A DNA stretch of 64,000 nt from a virus. Shown here one piece after another: positions 56,998 through 64,000 of the stretch. The DNA lies in IMG/VR virus record IMGVR_UViG_3300017763_000005, positions 1-64,000 of that record; one strand, given 5' to 3'. Below the pieces are notes generated by a model. It worked only from the letters and a program-made list of their open reading frames with translations. It ran no database searches and had not been told where the DNA came from. Within the stretch, counting starts at the first letter, position 1, and the number at the start of each line of letters is the position of its first letter. A program made the position numbers and the translations under genes.

Positions 56998-57613
56998 CTA
57001 AGCCAATATGACCTAGTACTTTTTCTTTATTAAGATCTGATGCTAAGTTAACGAGTACTTGTTTTTGCCAAGCATAATCGTTTTTATAACCAAACACTAC
57101 ATCATTAGATCTCATTTGAACTACACAATGTAGTTCTCTATTTCTAATATAATACGTTACTGCATTAGTACAAATAAAATCGTTTTTACCATTCTCATCA
57201 AATTCAAACCAGATGCTTGGTCTTTGATAGACCATACTTGCTCGTCTTGAATCAATATTGTATGTAAGTTCATTTAATACTTGTTGATATTGACAATGAA
57301 ACTTAGGACTATAAATGAGATGACCATAATTAGAATTGATTTCACCATGAATATTAGCAGTTGATTGCCAAGCTTTTGGTGGTTCTTTATCTCCTTCAGG
57401 ATAGATATCAGTTATATTCGTTGATTCAGATTGATACCAATCGAGTTCAGCTTTAATATATTCTCTGTTTGGAGTACCAAAGATTGCTGGTTTATCAGCA
57501 AGAAATGATGCACCAATAATTTCTACAGTCTTACATCCAGTTTTATCTGTTGTAAACTGTTTTGATTCAAGAGCATTAACAAATATCTCTGCGATATCTT
57601 TAGTCGTCTGCAT
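56933..57613 (-). CDS. gp42: dCMP hydroxymethylase (T4 gp42-type thymidylate synthase homolog)
   Basis: GEINSNYG, DSRRA, DFICTN catalytic Cys, MRSNDVVFGYKNDYAWQ with the dCMP-specifying Asp, LHVYERHF. Confidence 0.88.
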   Translation of the reverse strand: MQTTKDIAEIFVNALESKQFTTDKTGCKTVEIIGASFLADKPAIFGTPNREYIKAELDWYQSESTNITDIYPEGDKEPPKAWQSTANIHGEINSNYGHLIYSPKFHCQYQQVLNELTYNIDSRRASMVYQRPSIWFEFDENGKNDFICTNAVTYYIRNRELHCVVQMRSNDVVFGYKNDYAWQKQVLVNLASDLNKEKVLGHIGLGDIHWQVQNLHVYERHFDLIK

Positions 57614-57929
57614 TTTGAATCCTGTTATTGAACATATCTCTATTTGGATCTTGGCCTTCCATTTTACCACGAGCATAAGCAACTGCAAAAGAACAATAGT
57701 TAATCATGTCTTTATAAGTATCTTCAATGCTTTCGAAGTTTGGTTCATCGGTTGATTCAAGCAATGATGTTGCTCGCATAATTTTACCAAGAATGATATC
57801 ATGAATAGTATCAATGCCGCGTCTATAATGCATTGCTTGTACTACTGTAGATTCAGAGCTTTGGTAGTCTTGAGATTTTTTAGTTTGTAGTTCTGCACAT
57901 TCTTGCAGGACTCTTAGGCTTTCTTTCAT
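57600..57929 (-). CDS. Small helical nucleotide-modification-associated protein (MazG/dNTPase-like fold)
   Basis: LQTKKSQDY, K..R, ESIEDTYKDMINY. Confidence 0.7.
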   Translation of the reverse strand: MKESLRVLQECAELQTKKSQDYQSSESTVVQAMHYRRGIDTIHDIILGKIMRATSLLESTDEPNFESIEDTYKDMINYCSFAVAYARGKMEGQDPNRDMFNNRIQNADD

Positions 57930-57957
57930 AATGTCTCCATAATTTATTAATAGTTAT

Positions 57958-57986
57958 ATTATACCATACTTTAGCGTAAATGTAAA
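57958..57986 (-). promoter_or_regulatory. Early promoter heading the DNA-modification operon
   Basis: GTTTACA-17-TATAAT. Confidence 0.8.
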
Positions 57987-58414
57987 CAAGTTTTTTCACT
58001 AAATTTAAATCCATCCCATTCATAGTATCCACCAAGTTTATAGTAGGTATTTTCTTTTGGATCGTTGACAAAGATCATAGCTTTATCTGCTGCAGGTTTG
58101 CCCCACAAGTCTAAATTTCTTCTATGCTCGTTAAGTCTTTGTAATACGCTTGGTATATATTGAGAAATTTTCGTAACCTTGACTTCTACCCATTTATTGT
58201 CAAGATCAATTACGTCTTGATACATAGCAGGATTATCTGTGTAACCAATTTTCTCAATTAGAAACCATTCAGCTGTATGACCATACTCAACGGTTTCTAT
58301 TATCTTTTCTAATGACCTTCCCTTACGTGTATTAGGATTATTAAATATTAATTCTGCTTCTGCTTTTGCTCTTTTATGAAGAGCCTCATTATCTAATTCG
58401 TTCTTATCAAACAT
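57971..58414 (-). CDS. Hypothetical protein, possible PD-(D/E)xK nuclease
   Basis: GHTAE, QDVID..WVEVK. Confidence 0.5.
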   Translation of the reverse strand: MFDKNELDNEALHKRAKAEAELIFNNPNTRKGRSLEKIIETVEYGHTAEWFLIEKIGYTDNPAMYQDVIDLDNKWVEVKVTKISQYIPSVLQRLNEHRRNLDLWGKPAADKAMIFVNDPKENTYYKLGGYYEWDGFKFSEKTCLHLR

Positions 58415-58866
58415 TATGGCTTATATATTATCCCCTGTTCATTTAGAGCTGCTCTATTCCACATATGACCTTTAATAGTATCTTCTTTTGATTGTCCCAT
58501 GTATGGAACTGCATGATGATTATCCATCATAAGTTGATTAACACTTTTTTCAATATCAACTTCAAATACTGGATGACCTTCGGCATGTTTTTCTATTATA
58601 AAGATCTCTCCAATAATTCTTCCAAACTTACCTTTATCATGAACTATTAATTCAACTTCAGTTTCTTCTAATAAAGATGTAAGAAAATATTTTGCTTGTT
58701 TACCATAATACTTTTCTTCTAAGTCTCTTGTTCTTGACTCTGGAGTATCAATACCCATTAATCTTACTCTTTGTTTTTTCATCCATATACCAAAACCAAG
58801 ATCGATGTCTACATCAACTGTATCTCCATCTACGATTCGAGTAACGTCAACTTTATATCTGTACAT
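58414..58866 (-). CDS. Thermonuclease (SNase) family protein
   Basis: RIVDGDTVD, RVRLMGIDTPESR, KGKFGRIIG. Confidence 0.9.
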   Translation of the reverse strand: MYRYKVDVTRIVDGDTVDVDIDLGFGIWMKKQRVRLMGIDTPESRTRDLEEKYYGKQAKYFLTSLLEETEVELIVHDKGKFGRIIGEIFIIEKHAEGHPVFEVDIEKSVNQLMMDNHHAVPYMGQSKEDTIKGHMWNRAALNEQGIIYKP

Positions 58867-58875
58867 TATTGTCTC

Positions 58876-59433
58876 CTACTTATAAAATATATGATTATTT
58901 ATAACAACAGTATTGTTCAATGAGTCAGCCCAGTAAGGATGTACACTATCTGAATGATAATGTGTAGAACCTTCAGTTATATCTCCATACTTATCTTGTA
59001 AAACATCTCTTGCTACATGCATCGAATATAACCAAGTAGGACTATCAACTGGATCATCTGATTTACCATCACAGAACCAGCTAAACTGACATTGATTTCG
59101 TATTGGAACTACTTCATTTTTCCAATTAACTCTCATTTTAGCTTGATAAACTACACCACATATCGTCGTAGGATAATTAAAATGATTAACTCTATTTAAA
59201 ACAACTTGAGCTACTGCAATTTTTCCAGCTAATGGTTGATTACCTGCTTCAAAATAAATATTTTGAGCTAAACAATATTGTTCTCCATTTGGATCAGATG
59301 CATAAGCTCTTGGTACAGCAAACATAACAGCTCCAAGTAAAAATCCAAATAGCATTCCACTTAAAAATGATTTGAACATTTTACGTCCTTGTTCGTTAAC
59401 TTCTTTATCTATTGCTTTGCCAAATTTACTCAT
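58876..59433 (-). CDS. SleB/CwlJ-type cell wall hydrolase
   Basis: CLAQNIYFEA, AVAQVVLNRV, TICGVVYQ, CQFSWFCDG, GSTHYH, HIFY. Confidence 0.92.
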   Translation of the reverse strand: MSKFGKAIDKEVNEQGRKMFKSFLSGMLFGFLLGAVMFAVPRAYASDPNGEQYCLAQNIYFEAGNQPLAGKIAVAQVVLNRVNHFNYPTTICGVVYQAKMRVNWKNEVVPIRNQCQFSWFCDGKSDDPVDSPTWLYSMHVARDVLQDKYGDITEGSTHYHSDSVHPYWADSLNNTVVINNHIFYK

Positions 59434-60347
59434 ATATTATTTTTAAACACGAATTCAATAGCTCGTGCAGCCTCCTTTTCTAAATCACGTTTTGAATACC
59501 AACCACCTGTATCAAGATCTAAGTCTCTACAAATGTACTCAATCTCTTTAGGAGTAATTGGATATCCTTTACTCATAGCATTACCTGCTGTTGTTAGCAT
59601 GATTTGATACATCTTAGAGTACCAACCAGTACCAGTAATACCTTTATATTCATCAATCTGTTTTTTGTTTACAAATGGACAATCACGATATGATGTCCAA
59701 CTAAAGTTAGTATTATTTAATTCATTGCGTTTTCTTTCAAGTAAAGCTTTTTGTATTGCTTCAGGAAAACGATCGAACATTGTTTGATTAGGTTTGACGT
59801 ATGGATACTTTTCCATAAGGTCATTTGGATTCATAATATCTCCATCATGAGAGAATATGAAGTTGAAACTGTTTTTATATTTAGCAGGAACATAATACAT
59901 TCTGCTTAAGTCTTTGGTTTGAGCATCAGCAATATCGCCAATCTCTTTATTTAAAGCATACCAAAAATGCTTAATATCATCGGTATCTACATTGCATGTC
60001 AATGGAAATACTAAACGAAACTTTGGAGATTCAACTGTAGATGAAGCTGTTGAATAACAAACATAACGATACTTATCATACTTTGATTCGATATCTTTCA
60101 TATCTCCTTCATAGTCATCAATATCAAGAATACCAAAGCCACCCCAACCTACAACATTATCGTTTGCACGAGTAGTATCAGGTTGATAAATGGCTGGACT
60201 TAAAAGAGGAGCATCCTTCTTTGTAGGATACTTTGTAGATTCTGATAGCTTATACAGGATAGCCTCGAACTCGTCGAAGCTAGTATAGTCCATACGTTTA
60301 TCTGTTTTATTATCGTATATACTATCGAATATCGTTAAACTTACCAT
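59430..60347 (-). CDS. Primase-polymerase (AEP/PrimPol)-like protein
   Basis: RANDNV, ILDIDD, YSTASS...PKFRLVFPL, D..TKDLSRMYYVP; helical C-terminal domain. Confidence 0.7.
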   Translation of the reverse strand: MVSLTIFDSIYDNKTDKRMDYTSFDEFEAILYKLSESTKYPTKKDAPLLSPAIYQPDTTRANDNVVGWGGFGILDIDDYEGDMKDIESKYDKYRYVCYSTASSTVESPKFRLVFPLTCNVDTDDIKHFWYALNKEIGDIADAQTKDLSRMYYVPAKYKNSFNFIFSHDGDIMNPNDLMEKYPYVKPNQTMFDRFPEAIQKALLERKRNELNNTNFSWTSYRDCPFVNKKQIDEYKGITGTGWYSKMYQIMLTTAGNAMSKGYPITPKEIEYICRDLDLDTGGWYSKRDLEKEAARAIEFVFKNNI

Positions 60348-60735
60348 GATTGTCTTTGTGACTTGGTGCCTCCCAATCTTCAGGTTTAATTAAGTCTGGT
60401 AATCCAAGTGGATTAGGTCTTTCTGGTTTTACGCCGACTTGTTTATTCATATTTGCTTTAAGTACTTCATCCCATGCTTTATATGGATTAATTCCAAAAG
60501 CATCTAGTGTACCAATTGCTACAACACAAAGATCGATAAGACCATCAACTATTTCTTCTGCATCAGTACTTATAAGTGCTGCTTCAGTTTCATCAAGCTC
60601 TTCTCTTAAGAAGTCAACTCTAAATTGTAAGTATGTACGAAGTTTATCTGGATTTTCTTTGTTTTCTTCCATCCATTTCTTTACACCATACTTATCATGC
60701 ATGATTGCAATATCTCTTACCCAATCAAAACTCAT
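60322..60735 (-). CDS. MazG-like/PRA-PH family dNTP pyrophosphatase
   Basis: LREELDE, EEIVDGLIDL, WDEVLKANMNK. Confidence 0.85.
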   Translation of the reverse strand: MSFDWVRDIAIMHDKYGVKKWMEENKENPDKLRTYLQFRVDFLREELDETEAALISTDAEEIVDGLIDLCVVAIGTLDAFGINPYKAWDEVLKANMNKQVGVKPERPNPLGLPDLIKPEDWEAPSHKDNHGKFNDIR

Positions 60736-60896
60736 TTTCTATTGTCCTCTAATTGTAATAGTGTTATCCATATTAATAGCAATAAGAATCCCCACATGCT
60801 ATTTAGTGTTTGTAAAAGTGGATACATAAAATCATATCCAAAAAGTACTGAGGATACAACTGTTAATCCAAATATTCCAGTTAATAATCTCATCAT
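60732..60896 (-). CDS. Small membrane protein (not in ORF track)
   Basis: Manual translation MMRLLTGIFGLTVVSSVLFG..., 54 aa, fills the gap with overlaps at both ends. Confidence 0.55.
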   Translation of the reverse strand: MMRLLTGIFGLTVVSSVLFGYDFMYPLLQTLNSMWGFLLLLIWITLLQLEDNRK

Positions 60897-61180
60897 GTTA
60901 TAATTTTGTTCTTAGGTGCAACAAGTCCAGTATCCATTTGCCTTACCTGATCGACTAACTCGTCGACTGGATCAACTGTGAATACAATAAAGTTTTTAGG
61001 AATAGTGATTCCATCTTTTGCTTTTGTATAAGCCATGAAAGGCATAAATCCAATTTTGCCTTCACCAGCTGGTATTAAAGAATAGCCATCAGTAATAGTA
61101 ACATCGCTGCCATTATCTACTACTTTGCCAATTACTTCCTCTCCTGAGGATAATCTTACTAGTTTCATATTTTTCTCCAT
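60893..61180 (-). CDS. Sm-like conserved T4-like hypothetical protein
   Basis: KLVRLSSGEEVIG, IGFMPFMAY. Confidence 0.7.
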   Translation of the reverse strand: MEKNMKLVRLSSGEEVIGKVVDNGSDVTITDGYSLIPAGEGKIGFMPFMAYTKAKDGITIPKNFIVFTVDPVDELVDQVRQMDTGLVAPKNKIIT

Positions 61181-61188
61181 AGGTATAT

Positions 61189-61217
61189 ATTATACCATAC
61201 TTTTAGTAATTTGTAAA
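61189..61217 (-). promoter_or_regulatory. Early promoter
   Basis: GTTTACA-17-TATAAT. Confidence 0.8.
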
Positions 61218-61222
61218 CGTTT

Positions 61223-63754
61223 TTATCCAAAAAAATCCTCAAGGCTTGCGACTTCTTTTGAGTTCCAGCCAACTGCATCCAATATTGGTTCAATTGGATC
61301 GAGGAAAGTTTTTTGAAATTGTATCTCATGATCAATATATTTTCTTAAGCCAAACTCTTCAGGAAGATAGTCTGGAAAAGCAATTACATTTTCATGAATT
61401 GAATTTGGTTGACGAAGATATAAGAACTTAATCTTTTCGCCATTATTGATTGGTTCATATTTCTTTTTAAGTTGCATATCTTCTACAAGTTTGTTATATA
61501 GAATAGAACCACGAACATGAATAGGTGTACCTTTTTTATAGAGAGTATTTCTATCCTGCCATTTGCGAACTTGAGTTACGCCTCTTGGAAAGGCAATCTC
61601 GTCTGGTTCAAGCGTTTTAAAATAGTTTTTGAATTGTTCGATTGCTTGTTGAACTGATGACTCATCTTCTTTCATGATAACGTGAAAGATCTTTTTAAGA
61701 GCTTCACGACATGGAGCTGGTGTAGAAGACTTAATAGCTTCAATACCCATAATTTTGAGTTTTGGTTCAGCATATCTTACGCCTTCGTTGTCATGTACAT
61801 TCATAATATATCGTTTCTTTGCAGTCCAAAGAGCACGATCAGCAATTGCTTCACGTTTCATGACCATACGATTATCTACACCGCCTAATATATCATAGAG
61901 TTCAGCATAAGACTTTTCAAGCTCTGGTTCCAAAGCATCTTGGCAAACTTTATCTAAGAAATCGATTGGATTGTTTGGTTGTACCTTTTTGACGAGATCG
62001 TCTAAGCTAACATACAACGAGTCGGTGTCGATTGCAACGATATAATCTTTCCAGTCTCTGTTTTGGAGCACTCGATTGAGGTAGGAGTTAAGCGCATATT
62101 CGGCCCATCGTATTGTAAGTTGTCCGGTGAGGGTAATTGCTTCTGCGATTCGTTGGTCAAAAAAGCGAAAGTAGCGATTCCCCATAGCACCATACAAGCT
62201 ATTAAGGAGAATCTTAATCGACATTTGTCTGTTTTCTGCGATTGCAATATCTCTTTCGATTCGATACATTTCTTGTTTATCATTTTTATCTACCTTTTGT
62301 AATTCTTTTTGAGCATCAATCATTTGTTGCTTGATTTCTACACGTTCTTTATACATCTCATCGATAATAAATGGAACAATACCTTGTCGATCAGTTCGAA
62401 AATATTGGCCATTTGCAGCAAGAGCTTTACCACGATTGTCAGGACGAGTAGATTTAGTAAGAACATTTTCAATATCAAACTGAGTAATCTCTCCATTGGC
62501 AATCGTTTCTGGCGACATGTTGTATTGCATAATGATTGATGGATATAGTGAGTTAAGATCAAACGATACAATATTGTCATGTATTCCTACATGAGGATCT
62601 TTTACAAACCCGCCAGGATAAGCTGACTTTGTTTTATCTTCGATAAATGGAACAACGATATTGTTTGCAAACAGTTTACGATATATAATCGTATCCCATA
62701 TCAATGTTGTACCAAACGTGTCATTATAGTTTACGCCACCTTTATATGCCATTGTCATGCAAAGTGTAATTAATCCAAGCTTATCTTCGATACGATCTAC
62801 AAGCTCAACGTCTTTGATATTATAGTCAATAAACTTTTGATGATTATGTTTGTAAAGAGTATGAAGATTAGAATACTCTTCGTATGAGAGTTTCTTTTCG
62901 CCAAGTACAACATGAGCAATATGATCAAGTTTATACGACTCTTGTGGACCATATGAATAACCAAACTTTTTAAATAAGTCAAGATAATCTAATTGAGATA
63001 TACCTTTAAGCTCATAAGCAGTTTGAGTTCTACCCATCTTAGTTATTTCTTGTCTGTCAACCATACCCCAAGGACTTAGCCTTTTGACATATGATTCGCC
63101 AAGCATACGATTAATACGATTGACAAGATATGGAATATCAAAGAACCTTGTATTCCAGCCAGTAACAACGTCTGGACTATATTGTTGAGAAGACCAATGA
63201 GTAATAAAGTTAATAAGCAAATCGTCTTCACGATCAAACTTACGATATACAACCATGTGATCTTTCATGTATGATTGTTCAGTGTCATAGTCGCCAAGTC
63301 CCCATACGTAATATGTTCCACCAATATTACTTTTCATTGCAATCGATATAACTTTATGATCAGCCTTTTCTGGCTCAGGGAATCCATCATCGGATGCGAC
63401 TTCGATATCGATTGTGGTTACGTTGATTTTATTACGATTGAATTCAACTTCACCTGGGTAATAGTCATTGATAAAAGCAGGAATATACTTTGTATTTCCA
63501 TAGATTGTTTTACCTGAGACTCCTTTGTTTGCAGTAACGTATTCGTTAGCTGCTCTCATAGATTCGAATCTCTTACCAGCATTAGCTACGCCGACAGGAG
63601 TTCCATCTAGAGCTTTCCAATTTGTTTTTAGATTTGTGGATGTAAAAAGGATTGGTTCGTATTTGATTTTCTTTTCGATTCTTCGACCATGATCATATCC
63701 TCGTAAAAGAATTTGATTGCCATATCGAGAAACGTTAGTATAGAATTGCAACAT
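61223..63754 (-). CDS. gp43: Family B DNA polymerase gp43
   Basis: DIEV exonuclease I, FDLNSLYPSII, KILLNSLYG, IDTDS, KKRY, C-terminal SLEDFF clamp-binding peptide. Confidence 0.98.
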   Translation of the reverse strand: MLQFYTNVSRYGNQILLRGYDHGRRIEKKIKYEPILFTSTNLKTNWKALDGTPVGVANAGKRFESMRAANEYVTANKGVSGKTIYGNTKYIPAFINDYYPGEVEFNRNKINVTTIDIEVASDDGFPEPEKADHKVISIAMKSNIGGTYYVWGLGDYDTEQSYMKDHMVVYRKFDREDDLLINFITHWSSQQYSPDVVTGWNTRFFDIPYLVNRINRMLGESYVKRLSPWGMVDRQEITKMGRTQTAYELKGISQLDYLDLFKKFGYSYGPQESYKLDHIAHVVLGEKKLSYEEYSNLHTLYKHNHQKFIDYNIKDVELVDRIEDKLGLITLCMTMAYKGGVNYNDTFGTTLIWDTIIYRKLFANNIVVPFIEDKTKSAYPGGFVKDPHVGIHDNIVSFDLNSLYPSIIMQYNMSPETIANGEITQFDIENVLTKSTRPDNRGKALAANGQYFRTDRQGIVPFIIDEMYKERVEIKQQMIDAQKELQKVDKNDKQEMYRIERDIAIAENRQMSIKILLNSLYGAMGNRYFRFFDQRIAEAITLTGQLTIRWAEYALNSYLNRVLQNRDWKDYIVAIDTDSLYVSLDDLVKKVQPNNPIDFLDKVCQDALEPELEKSYAELYDILGGVDNRMVMKREAIADRALWTAKKRYIMNVHDNEGVRYAEPKLKIMGIEAIKSSTPAPCREALKKIFHVIMKEDESSVQQAIEQFKNYFKTLEPDEIAFPRGVTQVRKWQDRNTLYKKGTPIHVRGSILYNKLVEDMQLKKKYEPINNGEKIKFLYLRQPNSIHENVIAFPDYLPEEFGLRKYIDHEIQFQKTFLDPIEPILDAVGWNSKEVASLEDFFG

Positions 63755-63760
63755 GTATAT

Positions 63761-63789
63761 ATTATACCATAGTTTTGTACGTTTGTAAA
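63761..63789 (-). promoter_or_regulatory. Early promoter for gp43 (leaderless arrangement)
   Basis: GTTTACA-17-TATAAT, ATG 6 nt after the -10 box. Confidence 0.8.
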
Positions 63790-63811
63790 CGTTTTATTTC
63801 AATTATTTTCA

Positions 63812-63839
63812 ATAAGGTTGGGGGAGTTATTCCTCCCCC
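63812..63839 (-). terminator. Hairpin, probable terminator upstream of the gp43 promoter
   Basis: GGGGGAG/CTCCCCC stem; weak U-tract. Confidence 0.55.
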
Positions 63840-64000
63840 GCATGATTTTCATTTTGAGACTTAAATGCTAGCCACTTGAGCAATCATTATAGCTGGTGCT
63901 AATCCTAAGATTAACGTAGTTACAATAATGCTAATTGTAGCTGTCTTTAAGGTCTCGGCAACGTCATCATATTTTTCAGCAAAGCTTATTATATGTTTCA

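Noticed and set aside
56933-57613. Ordinary thymidylate synthase or dUMP hydroxymethylase (5-hmU pathway)
   Set aside because: The specificity position is Asp (KNDYAWQ) as in T4 gp42, not the Asn of dUMP-using enzymes; a dCMP hydroxylase variant cannot be excluded
1464-63517. Many short opposite-strand or nested ORFs in the track (e.g. 1464-1847, 5925-6425, 16755-17198, 22476-22784, 44168-44929, 62002-62580)
   Set aside because: Shadows of well-supported genes, with no RBS, promoter or motifs
1-64000. tRNA or rRNA genes
   Set aside because: No cloverleaf or T-loop/CCA pattern recognised in the short intergenic gaps; a tRNAscan run would be needed to be certain

Overview
64 kb of an AT-rich, gene-dense T4-like myovirus genome, probably from a marine phage with a proteobacterial host (class Ia nrdAB; gammaproteobacterial-type bS21, IscU, AhpC, ACP). 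Layout: (1) baseplate/tail module gp53, gp48, gp4, gp2, gp54, gp26, gp51 and a tape-measure-like gene; (2) gp32/gp59/gp33 followed by small early genes behind repeated TTTACA-N17-TATAAT promoters; (3) a late-promoter-led envelope module with CsgF, CsgG, two curlin-repeat proteins, a FecR-domain protein, IscU and a CHASE2 class III nucleotide cyclase; (4) lysozyme, spanins, RNase H, nrdAB, glutaredoxin, cytochrome c, ACP; (5) a block of proteins with T4 internal-protein-like N-termini, including a ligase-motif protein and a HIGH-type nucleotidyltransferase; (6) gp41, uvsX, bS21; (7) a nine-gene operon joining a gp42-type dCMP hydroxymethylase to a myo-inositol-1-phosphate synthase homolog, a HAD phosphatase, a 5-hmU-DNA-kinase-like protein, an SGNH protein and a degenerate C5 methyltransferase; (8) primase-like gene and gp43. 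The best candidate for an undescribed system is (7), a possible cyclitol/inositol hypermodification of cytosine. Also notable: two apparent -1 ribosomal frameshift sites, an overprinted secreted gene inside the cyclase, and leaderless early transcripts. All calls come from reading motifs by eye; no searches were run. No tRNA, rRNA or CRISPR array was recognised.
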